Below the pieces are notes generated by a model. It saw only the letters and a program-made list of their open reading frames with translations. It did no database searches and was not told where the DNA came from. From positions 15,438,001-15,502,000 of the forward strand of contig CM074512.1 of the NCBI GenBank assembly GCA_037379345.1: a stretch of DNA of 64,000 nt, read 5' to 3'. The position numbers were made by a program, and so were the translations under genes. This stretch comes from Perna viridis. Its lineage: Eukaryota. How positions within the stretch are numbered: position 1 is the first letter of the stretch; every line of letters starts with the position of its first letter. Below are positions 38,377 to 49,634 of this stretch, in pieces.

Positions 38377-39186
38377 TTAACAAAATGCTTCTTCGGGCAC
38401 AGCTTGATACGACCCCAGAAGTCTAACCCTGAACAGGTGGGGCAAGTATGGACACATCATTTAAACCTGATACAGCTTTAAAATTTTATTGTAATAGACA
38501 TTTGACACAGGATAAGAATTTAACCAGAATCAAAGAGGCCCTTTTGGCCCCTAATTCCTAAATGGTTCCAGTCATAACCTCAAAAATCAATCCCAACCTT
38601 CTTTTTGGGGTAAAATTTAAAATAAAGTTATCATCTAAAAGAGCAGAAAATATGCTTGTTTCTGACCCCTTATAGCCCCTAATTCTTAACAGACTCAAGT
38701 CATAACCCAAAAAATCAATCTAAGACTTCCTTATGTGATATGACACCACATAGTACAATTTAAAAGACCTATTTACTCTCAGTCAAGTTATTGTCCAATG
38801 CTTGCATGTGGGCCCTATTTGGTCCTTCATTTCTAAAAAGTTCAAATCTTCAACCCCGAAAATCAATCCCAGTATGACCACAGAGATATAAAATATTTTT
38901 GATATCCATATGCTTTTACTGGAGTTAAAATAGTTAAATTCTTTACAAAAATTGTTTCTGTCCCTTTTCAGTCCCTAATTCCAAACAGATTGGGGCCATG
39001 ACCCCAAAAAAACTATATCAGCCTTCAATTTGTTTTTTGGAAACTGATGGTAATATTTAATAAAGATTAACCAACTAATATTCAAGTTAACACACAAAAA
39101 CCAAGTGTCTGCAGACAACAAAAACAAGGATGACACCAATGATAACAGTATCATTCAATTAAATGGAGAAATTACGGATATATAAA
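38377..39186. mobile_element. Interspersed repeat (HINE-like) with ~150-bp tandem cores; related fragments near 33770-34020, 43310-43400, 54760-55140
   Basis: Start gcacagcttgatacgacc shared with 43321; repeated ggcccctaattcc...aaaatcaatccc core. Confidence 0.6.
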
Positions 39187-39226
39187 AAAGTAAGTCTGAT
39201 CACAAAAGCTTTTTAATACAATATAC

Positions 39227-39391
39227 CTTTGACCATAGTGTCTATCAAATCTATCATATCGCTCTCTAGAGTCCCTGTATCCTCTGTCTCCAGATGGTCT
39301 ATGATCACTGTCTGAGCCACTAGATTTAGATGACAAACTAGCCCGACGATAACGTTTAATGGGTGGGGCATTCTTTTGTGGAGAAATAGAC
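39227..39391 (-). CDS. CLASRP: CLASRP coding exon 13
   Basis: SISPQKNAPPIKRYRRASLSSKSSGSDSDHRPSGDRGYRDSRERYDRFDRHYGQ; tttcag / gtatat; phase consistent. Confidence 0.87.
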
Positions 39392-40073
39392 CTGAAATTG
39401 AAATAACCTTGTGGTTAAATATCTAAATTAATATGACTGACACTATCATATTACACCTAACAATATTAGTATGAGTGATATTTTTGTATTTGGTACCAAT
39501 CATACTGAGATACACAATAAGAGAATTTTCAGAGTATTTTGAAAGCGAAAATCATCTGTATGTAGAAAAATAAATATACAAACACATATTTAAAAAAAGA
39601 AACCAAATGTGCCATATTTTAGTGATATACCCTTGGGCATCATGAAATTTAACTACACGTATACAGGGAATCAGAAAGTCCTATGCAAAAAAAGATCTAG
39701 TTGAGTTTGACATATGAAAAAGAGGGAAGTAGAAATTTGTCTACATCAAACTAATGAAGCATAATGGCAAAATCTAGATTCGAAAAATAGGACATTAATG
39801 GAACATTAAGTGATACCTGGCCACATAAGTGTGAAAAAAAGGGATGGCAAAATGTTAAAAACTCAAAAACTACATTTTGGTTTGTGCTGAAAATTGAACA
39901 TAACCAGTATTTCATAGTACTTAACAACTGTGCCAATTAGAAAAAAAATTATTGACCTATTTTCAAGTAATCATCTGGAAACTGTCAGGGGACGACAGAT
40001 GGACGTGCCACTTTTCGGAGGGTATCAATTAATATCTCATCACTTCTTCTGATAATATATAAAATGTGTTTAC

Positions 40074-40343
40074 CTGGACTTCGATGAAATTGAAGATGAT
40101 CTTGATGTAGATGAGAATGACCTACTATGGGACCTTGACTTTGATCTGGAAACGGATCTAGACCTTGAAGATCTTGACCTTGAGCTAGACCGAAATGAAC
40201 GTGAACTATCACTTGAAGAACTTCTGGACTTTCTTTTCTTTCTAAATGATGTTTTCAGCCTATCTCTTTCCCTCCTCTTATTTGAAGGTGACACTGATCT
40301 GGATCGCTTTCTTCTCTTATTTTTTTTCCTTTGCTTTTTTGTC
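40074..40343 (-). CDS. CLASRP: CLASRP coding exon 12 (RS domain)
   Basis: Open Arg/Ser-rich frame TKKQRKKNKRRKRSRSVSPS...SRSSSISSKS; ttgtag / gtaaac; 270 nt, phase 2 to 2. Confidence 0.9.
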
Positions 40344-40842
40344 CTACAACAAAAGTTTCTGTTTTAGAAATTTCCCTATTTCTTTTTTTCTAATTTCATA
40401 ATAGTGTTAAATTTCAGTTTGTAATAACATTTTTGTAAGGATTTAAGAAAAAATCTTAAGCATTAATCAGTTTCAAATATTACACCTTTTCAGACACATT
40501 TTATCAATTCAACAAAAAAAAGACTTAATAACATACATAAAACAGAACTGTATAAACTACATATTAATACATAATCACTTTGGATTGTTTTGTAGTAATT
40601 GTTTGAATGTTGTTGTTGTTAGATGATTTAAACCTGAGGGGAAAACCTCCATCAAAAGTTAATTTACTTGTAAAATAATATAAATGTCTTTTCCTCTCAC
40701 AGCCAAGCATGTATCAGTCTTGATTGAAATTCTTCTTGATCCATATAGTATATAAAATCTGGGTTTTGATTAACAGGTTAACTTCCACATTTTGACTATG
40801 GTTTCCACAATATCCAATGAACCCCTTACTATAAATACCGAC

Positions 40843-40989
40843 CATTTATCTGGCTTATCAGTGCTAGGCAATGAAGGGCCCTGTACCACTGGTCTGTCTT
40901 CATCACTCTCTCCACCAAAACTTGTAATAAATAACACACTATCTTTTCTCTCTGGTGATCTTGACCTAGACTTGGATGATGATGAAGAC
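40843..40989 (-). CDS. CLASRP: CLASRP coding exon 11
   Basis: SSSSSKSRSRSPERKDSVLFITSFGGESDEDRPVVQGPSLPSTDKPDK with the conserved FITSFGG; donor gtcggt chosen by phase match to the next exon. Confidence 0.88.
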
Positions 40990-41690
40990 CTAAAATAAAT
41001 CATCATAAATAACTGTCTCATCTATTTACAAGTTATTCTTAAATCAGCAACTTTTTTCCATTTTCAGATTCTTATGCCAATGAAGTGATACTAAAAGATA
41101 ATGATAATTTACAACATGACCTAATAATGGCTGTTCAGTTTTGACAGAAAATATCAACAGCATCACCTTTGACCTTTTTTAGGCTGGCTTGTCATATTGG
41201 TCATACTTCTTGTCTCAACTTCAAAACTGTTGTCATCTGTATCAAACACATTCTCTAATAAAATTTTATAAACTCACCATATTTTTTTTTAATTTACTGA
41301 GATTAAAAGAACACATAGAAGACAGTGGCAGATTAAGAAATGTTCAATTACTTCACCAACCTTTTAAAAACACCAAATATATAATATATGTCAAAAGTTT
41401 GTCTGATGCACATCAAAAAGAAACTACAAATTAAATGTAACACAGAATATGCCTTTCACTTGGATTATAAATATGTAAATACTTGAAAAATACAGTATCT
41501 TCCTCCCCTTAAAAGCACCTGATAATAGTCATTATCCTTCATGCACAGACCACCAGAAATGACACCAGACACCAATACATCCCCATACCCTTTTTTGCAG
41601 TGAGTAGATGGGAAATAAATTTGGGAAGAATCTATGAATAATAAAGAGACATAAAAGATAGACAAAACGCTACTCAAGATGTATGTCTAC

Positions 41691-42559
41691 AACAAGAGGC
41701 TCCCAGGAGCCTGAATCACTCATCTGGTTCAATATTTGCCTTTCAAGGGCAATAATTCTAACCAGGAGCTGTCAGACAATTTTTACTCAATAGAAGGCTT
41801 AGGTAGGATATATCATAAGGATCATTCCATCCATTGCAAGTTTCTTTTTATCTATTATATTTTCAAGATACTGCATTACTGGCTGAAAACTGCTAAAAAC
41901 ATCATTTTTCATCTTTCATGGAAATAACACTAACAAGGTGTCTTCCGACATCTTTGATTCAACACAGACTTTTGTAGGCCTTATCATAAAGATCAATCAG
42001 CGATCGAAAGAATTTGGCTAAACCTAATGGTTTTGGAGAAATTTGAAAAAAACTTCTGTCTTGCCCCTATGTTATATTTTAAGTAATGGCAGTCATGTTT
42101 TTCTTTGGAGCACATCAGTTCTATCCAGAATATCAAGCTTGGTTCTAATTGGTCAAGTAATGGAAACGTTAAAAGTGGTTAGTAAGACCTAAAAAGAAAA
42201 TTTGACCCTAGATAGATCTCATCATGCTGAACACTTTAATTGAAGCAGAATTTGTCTAAACCTAATGGTTTTGGAGACATATGTGAAAAACTTCAGTCTG
42301 ACCCCTATGTTCTATTTTTAGCAATGGCAGCCATGTTTTTCCACCAATCATAAATCACTAAATAAGTGCTATGCAGAATACCCAAAGGAACATTTTTACA
42401 TTTTTAACTAATTCAGTTCTAATTGGTGCTGTAGTTTCAGAGGAGATGAATTTAGGAAAATTGTTAACAACAACAATAACAATGATAACAAAGGATGACA
42501 ATGACGGACACCATGTGATGGCAATAACTCACATGGCTACTGGCTAGGTGAGATAAAAA
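41691..42559 (-). mobile_element. Non-autonomous Helentron/HINE (DINE-1-like) element, copy 1
   Basis: Terminal hairpin aggctcccaggagcct next to aacaag; opposite end ctcacatggc..ggctaggtgagataaaa; (ACA/GAC)n microsatellite; internal duplicated core; shared with 48695-49303. Confidence 0.82.
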
Positions 42560-42596
42560 GGAACATTATTAAACTGTTTTAATAAATTTTACTTAC

Positions 42597-42638
42597 CTTT
42601 CATAAGGTTCATATTTTGGACTATCTCTTGCAGCATAG
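42597..42638 (-). CDS. CLASRP: CLASRP coding exon 10 (42 nt)
   Basis: YAARDSPKYEPYE, matching the SYARRDSPTYDPY motif; tttcag / gtaagt. Confidence 0.92.
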
Positions 42639-43450
42639 CTGAAAATTTTTACAGGAAACCAGTTTGATTTTTATTTTTTACACATATTTTATAAATACTC
42701 ACTCACTACTTCAAGCAGTTATAATAACATTGTATTTAAGCATCTAATCCCTGCTTTGAAAGATTTATGACAATAATCAGGATGTAAAATTTGCCTGAAA
42801 AGTTATATTCCAGTCTGTACTTTTTTTAGGAGAAAAATTTATTCAGAGGTCCAACAGCAGACATGACAGTGACATCAGATAACTACAGTGGGTGTTTAAG
42901 GATAGTAATAGGTTACATAAACTTGTCTAGATGAGCTAAACAGCTAATCTAGAAATTCAAGAAACTACAATGTTCAACTGAAAACCCTAATATCTTTCTT
43001 TCGACTAAAACAAAGAATTCCCAGCTAGGAAAAGACCATACATATTAAGTGCTTTAATAAAAATAAAAAAAAAACAGGGTATTGTTTTCTGTTTTAGTTT
43101 TTATCATTTTGAAACTATTTTAATGGCAAACTTTTGATGTCAAATTTTTACATTTCACCATTAAAATAGAAAATTGTTAATAAAGTTCATAAAACAAGCT
43201 TTAAAGGAAAAAAATGCCCTTAGTTTTAAGAATACTTCACACAAAATGATATCAATAAATAATATCATCACTGTTTAATACAAAATGTCTACCATAATTA
43301 TTGAATAAAATGCTTCCTATGGCACAGCTTGATATGATTACAGATGTCAACCTAGACTAGTTTTGGGGTATGGCTTGATACAGCTTTGAATTGACAGTAG
43401 CATAAACATCAGTATAAGAATGGCATATAATAGAAAGTATAAGAAAATAC

Positions 43451-43524
43451 CTAGGAGGACTCAATTTTCTCCCAGCTAAACGCTTCTCCTTGTATGCTCT
43501 CCTCTCTCTTCTAGACTTCCTACC
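43451..43524 (-). CDS. CLASRP: CLASRP coding exon 9
   Basis: GRKSRRERRAYKEKRLAGRKLSPP(S); ttcag / gtattt. Confidence 0.93.
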
Positions 43525-43783
43525 CTGAAGTTAAGTCATCCTTATGATAAAGGCAAATTGAAAAAAAAAAACTCAATATGGATTCCCTAAATAATTAAAG
43601 GAGCAGTATTGTGCATAAATGTGTCCAGTGAATATGTCATCAATGAGAATAATTGTAACATTAAAAAGATAGCTAAATTATGTCTGTTTTCTTCCTTCAT
43701 ACCTTTTCAAAATAACATGGAGCCCATACCTCATCACTGTCGAATTTTATCAATTATTCAAGGCCTTAACAAAAATATCGATA

Positions 43784-44645
43784 CAGTGAAACTTCTCCAA
43801 ACCGGCCTCCATTGGGACAAGAAAAAATGGCCAGTTTATAGGGGTGGTTGGTTTTGTGAAAAATAGCAATGCATTCTAAAAGCTGTTCCATTAATGTGTT
43901 CTATAACCCTATACCTTGTCAGATTGTTGGTTGAAACATGTTTAATGCCGATTCAAAACTTTTGGCCTTTTATTACATTTCAAAGCTTGCATCATTTGTA
44001 AATGATTAGATTTTACAAACAGTACTGCCAACAAAATAATGTTTACGGTTTTGAAAAGAATGTGTATTAAAGATCAAAGGGCTATTGATGGTAATTAATT
44101 ATTTGCATTGTTTTCGTAAATTACCCATCAACAAAGTCTAATAATTTCACCCCTATGTTCTTTTGGCTTGGGTACAGGTCACATTAATTGACAGTTAAAA
44201 GATCGTAAAGATCATACTATTAAATGACCCCAGTTGTCTGACGTTTGTACACAACAATTAACACCAACCAGTGACAAAATGTAATGACTGGATTAAATTT
44301 GTTGTTTAAACTACTGTCCCCTTCAATTATCATCTGTCCAATGATGAAATGCAAACCGGTCTGTGAATGAGTTATTAATTACGTAATATTACGTAGTCAT
44401 TTACAGTTTTGTTGATACATTTAATAAAGTGAACAATAACCGGGTGGCCGGAATGGTGATGTTGTTTTTATTTGAAATATGTAACTAAAACTGTGAAAAA
44501 CCGGCCTATGTACAGTTTTAGGGGGTGGCCGGTCTATCGAAGACAAAACACACAGATTTAAGGTATATTAGCCGGGACTTTTGAAAACGGCCGGTTTGAA
44601 GGGAAGACCAGTTTTCTGAGGGTCCGGTTTGGAGAAGTTTCACCG
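43784..44645. mobile_element. Tc1/mariner(pogo)-type MITE
   Basis: TIR CAGTGAAACTTCTCCAAACCGG / CCGGTTTGGAGAAGTTTCACCG (21/22), TA on both sides, 862 bp, no ORF. Confidence 0.92.
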
Positions 44646-45175
44646 TATTCTACATTGTCATCACCACCTGATTATTTCATTTTGAAACTGATCAAAAAAC
44701 AAAGAGGGAGTAAAGTTTTGAAATATGTGTCATCAGTGTTAACTGTACAAAAAAATTTTGGTGTGATTTTTTTTAAATGCATGAAAAACTGTTGTTGAAG
44801 TCAATATTTAGATAAATAATTGAAAAGTATTTTACACATATTTTACAAACTTTGTTTTATTTCCTTATTTCACAAATATGAAACCAGTCCAAAAACAAAT
44901 TTTTTATACCATTAAAAAACTCAGAGTATTTATCCATTCACTGTAATTGTACCGGTAGTTATATTAACATTTGAATTTTCATATAAACATAATTATACTC
45001 AGATAAAACCAATTTCAGCTAAAGAAATTAATTTCCTAGATGTGTATTAGATTTTCCAAAAAAGAGACACTTTCATTAATTTGAATTTTACAACCAATTT
45101 TACTTGATTAAATTAAATTACTGCTCTTCACTTCCTGTTTTACAAATCAAAAATTAAATTTTGTTTTTGTCTGCA

Positions 45176-45642
45176 AAAACATATGTCTCCCATGTCCAGT
45201 AAAATGTTCTGAGCATTTTTGGTTCAATAGTTTTAGCATAGTTGCTCTGACAAGGTATTTTATGAGGATTTTTGGCCAATTTCTAAATTCAAAGGGGCAT
45301 AACTACTACAAGAGTTAAAGGATAAAAATTTCCTGTTAATACACACAGTTACATATGATGTTCTTGCTACATACCACGTTCTGTAAAATTTGGTTCAATA
45401 GTTTCCGAGGAGTCGTGCTGACAAGGTAATTTATGAGGATTTTTTGGCAAATTTCTAAGTTCAAAGGCGCATAAGTCCTACAAAAATTTCCTAGTAATAT
45501 GCACAACTATGTTTTTGCTACATACCAAGTTTTGTAAAATTTGGTTCAGTAGTTTGAGAGGAGTGGCGCTAAAAAACTTTGTGATGGACACACCGACATG
45601 CCAAAAACAATATGTCTCCCCACCAAAGTAGGGGGAGACATA
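45176..45642. mobile_element. HINE-like element with tandem ~180-bp core
   Basis: Repeated core (gttcaatagttt...ctgacaaggta..ttatgaggattttt) and terminal palindrome tatgtctcccc...ggggagacata. Confidence 0.65.
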
Positions 45643-46565
45643 AATATTGATAAAAGGAAGAAAATTTTGATTGATAAATATAATCAATACTTCTTGACAC
45701 ATTCAGCATAAACTAAATATCCTAAATACGAATTAATTACTTAACATCTTCTGGTACATTAATATGAACAAGTTTGTATTATTATGTCCCTGCATCTTTC
45801 AAGGCCAAAAAGAAGTCCCTCAAATCTTTATTTAATTTAAATTTATATGCAGCTAAACTTTCATTTAGCCTAAAACAAAATGACTGATCTTCAAAGAGGA
45901 ATTGAATAATTTAAAAGAAATACCTTTATCAAATACATTTTGAGTAGTTTACAGAAATAGTAGGGAAGTCCTCATGAAGAATCTGTGACATGAGGTATTT
46001 TGATCTTGAAGGATCAAAAACCCAAAAACTAACTGAGTTGATGAGTTATTTTGCTAGGTATACCCCTACTCTTACAGGAAGTTGATATTGAAAAACATAC
46101 AAAATGGTTTTCATTGTATGCTTCATCTATATAAAGCCACATACCAAATTTGAAATCAATTCATCGATTGGGGCTGAGATGATTGTGACAAAACTCGATG
46201 GAAAGACAAAAGAAAAGGTGATTCCAATATACCACCCCCTCGTTTGGTGAGGGGTTTAAAATTTTGTCCATTTCCATGAAGAGTTTGATTTGTAATTGAT
46301 CTTACTATACATAACAAACATTATAGGTACAACTACTTCATGTTCAGACAGTTGCATACATTTATACCATGATGCAACCCATGAAGTAATCTGCAAAATG
46401 AGACTGATTCCCAATTACCTATAAAACATTTAACAATTGAAAAAAAATTGTCTTATTACTAAATTGGAATACATTCATTTATACCATCAAGTCATAGGTG
46501 ATGAAAAATGGATAAGGCAAAAATATCCAAATAACAAAACTACATTCACTGGCATAAGTACATAC

Positions 46566-46644
46566 AGCAAATTGAGCTTTTTCCTCTTCTAAAATTCTTG
46601 CCAATTTAACTTGTTCTGCTTCCTCTTTATCTTTCTGTAGCATG
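46566..46644 (-). CDS. CLASRP: CLASRP coding exon 8
   Basis: MLQKDKEEAEQVKLARILEEEKAQFA; cctacag / gtatgt. Confidence 0.93.
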
Positions 46645-46689
46645 CTGTAGGAAAAAAGGTAAACCTGAATGTACAATAAGAATATAGAA

Positions 46690-47400
46690 TAACAAATCTG
46701 TGAGCTAGTGATATCCAACTTTCAATCATGATATCAGGAACATAAACAAAGTCCTTGTTAAACATGGTTGATGACAATTTTTTCTGAAAATGGATCCCAC
46801 TACATAGCAAACTTACAGAAAGAACATGTCAAAATTTCAAGCCCCTGTGATGAATAGCTACTGAGCAAAAGGGTGAGTAAAATTTCAACATTCAAAAACA
46901 TAGAAAAAAATAAATTAAGTCCTCGGTAAACAGGGAGTTATTGTCGAATTATTCTACAAATGAATCCCTTCATCCATATGGCATACCTACAGCAAGAACA
47001 TTTAAAATTTGAAGCTGCAGTGATGAGTAGTTGCTCATAAAAAAATGAAAATTTCAACTTTCAAAATATGTCAAAAATAAACAAAGTCCTCAGTAAACAG
47101 GAAGTTGTCGTCAAATTTTTCCCAAAATGTATCTTGCCATATGGCATGATTAAAAGAAGAGCATGTTAAAATTTCATGCTGCTATGATGAGTGATTGCTG
47201 AGAAAAATGTGATGAAGAATTTCAACTTTAAAATATGTCAAAATTAAATAAAATTAAGTCTTTGATAAACAGGAAGTTGTTGTCGAATTTATGTGAAAAT
47301 GAATTCTACCATAAAAAAAGTGTTACTGAACTGCAGACATACAGAAAAACGTACAAGGGTTAAAGAGTATATTCTTCCATCCATTGAAGCAGGGGTATAA
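46690..47400. mobile_element. HINE-like element with ~4 tandem ~170-bp cores
   Basis: aagtcct..gtaaacagg.agtt..gtc.aattt recurs at ~46745, 46915, 47080, 47255; ends gcaggggtataa. Confidence 0.65.
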
Positions 47401-47752
47401 TAAACTGGAAATACAGTGGGCTAACTCATAAAAATACCTCTCTCGACAAGCATCCTGCAATTATCACCTTCCATATGCACACCTACATGATACCTAATCT
47501 CCCTATAAAATATCATCAATAAAATGCTTCGCAGAGTGTGAAAAAATATGAAAAATCAACAATATAAAAGTCAGGAGGTGTCATGACTCATAAAATAATT
47601 GAAGCACAACTGAAAGGGCAACACTGATTTCTAACATGATCAAGATAACCATTGGTATATATATTCTTTAAATTCAATTAAAGGGAAAAAGTCACCAAAC
47701 AGGAATGCTTTTAAATCTAAAGACATTCCAACCTAATTATTTACAACTGAAT

Positions 47753-47960
47753 CTGAGTAAATATTTCTTAATTACAATACTACTGAGCAAATATTACTGG
47801 TAATGAATCACAATACTACTACGTAAATATCACTGGTACTGAATCACAATACTACCGAGTAAATATTACTGGTAATGAATCACAATACTACTGAGTAAAT
47901 ATTATTGACCAGTACTGAATCACTATACTACTGAGCAAATATAACTGAATCACAATACAA
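47753..47960 (+). repeat. 36-bp minisatellite (~5 copies) beside the CLASRP exon 7 donor
   Basis: tactgagtaaatattactggtaatgaatcacaatac at ~47781, 47817, 47853, 47888. Confidence 0.85.
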
Positions 47961-47990
47961 TTTAATTTGGTTAGAATGTTATCCAAATAC

Positions 47991-48087
47991 CTGACAAAAT
48001 CTTCCTCTTTCATGCCATACTGCTGAGCACACTCATTTAGTAATCTTTTTTGTTCATTGTTCAGAGTGTCAACATCCAATGTTATAT
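47991..48087 (-). CDS. CLASRP: CLASRP coding exon 7
   Basis: ITLDVDTLNNEQKRLLNECAQQYGMKEEDFV; tgtag / gtattt. Confidence 0.92.
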
Positions 48088-48694
48088 CTACAATGTCAAG
48101 ACAACCTTTGTTACTAACATATCAACCTTGATGCTTGTTTAAGGTGGTTTTTAATTCACCCATTTGTCTAATCAATTATATGGCTTTTTTTAAATTTTAT
48201 AACAGCAATCTAAATGCATTAATTTCTAACAGAGGGTCAACAATATCCAGAACTCCATGCTGGCCTAGCTCTTATCTCAAATTCAGAGAAAAACTGTTTT
48301 TTCTCATAAGGATTAAGTGAAATATAAAATTAGCAATTATTGCCTATGGACTTATGGTAAATTTTTAGAAGTATTCATGTTGTATATACATGTAATTACT
48401 CTAATGTGAATAGACTGTAGAATTTCAATGCTGCCAACAGTCATATGAAGGTTCAAAAACATTTTGCCAATGTACATGTAGTTGAATATGTTAAACAAAA
48501 GAAATACTCCCTATCATGGTATGTAAGAAAAAATAACTCGCCCTACACAAAAAAAATGGACCCCAATTTTAGATGTCCTTATAATATGACTTATTTATTA
48601 TTCAACATGACTCCATCATATTAAAACAATTCTGAATTCATCATCCTTACTGATTTCCCTATACAGTAAATACAAATACCAATACTAATTCTAA

Positions 48695-49303
48695 AACAAG
48701 AGGCTCCCAGGAGCCTGAATCGCCCATCTAGTTGAATTTTGCATTTCAACGGCAATAAATTAGACAAGAGTTGTCCAATAATTTTGACTCAAAAAGTCTT
48801 TGGTAGAGCTTATCATAAGGATCATTTCAACAATTGAAAGTTTCTTCTAATCTATCATAGTTTTCAAGATATTGACTGAAAACTGTTGAAAAAAAGGTCA
48901 TTTTTCCCCTTTCAAGGGCAATAACTCCTACAAGGAGTTATCTGACAACTTTTATCCCTGAAGACTTTTGTAGTCCTAATAATAAGGATCATTTCAGCTA
49001 TTGAAAGAATTTGCCTAAACCTATCGGTTTTGGAGATATATGCAAAAAACTACTGTCTGACCGCTATGTTCTATTTTTAGTAATGGTGGCCATGTTTTTC
49101 GACGAATCAAAAATCCCCACATCAGTTCTATGCAGGATACCTCAAGGAACATTTACACAAAGTTTGGTTCTAATCACTCAAGTAATTTCAAAGGAGAAGA
49201 GTTCTCCATATAATTGTTAACGACGACAACAGACAACGACGACGACGACAGACGCCAAGTGATTGCAATAGCTCACATGGCCTTTGGCCAGGTGAGATAA
49301 AAA
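48695..49303 (-). mobile_element. Non-autonomous Helentron/HINE element, copy 2
   Basis: aacaagaggctcccaggagcctgaatcgc ... (gac)n ... gctcacatggcctttggccaggtgagataaaa; A/T-run flanks, no TSD. Confidence 0.85.
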
Positions 49304-49634
49304 ACAGATGACTAATTAAATGGGAGACCCCGCTAACTCAAATTTATTGGAAGTCTGTATTGTGTACTTTGCAAGATGGGATGCTTAACAAGTAGAGTCA
49401 CAGGAAAAAATTGTCCCATCCCAATTCTTTATTTATACAAAAAGAACCATACTTTTGCATTTTCTATTCCAAAAAAATGATTTCCCATATGACATCTTGA
49501 AAAAAGAAGCTCCATCCCCTACTTAATGATAAATATCTGAAAATCAACTGAATTAGAATGCCCCAATAGCATTTATAGTCTTATTCAATGGTAAATTCAA
49601 AAATGTTGCTGAACATCTCATTTGTATATGGATA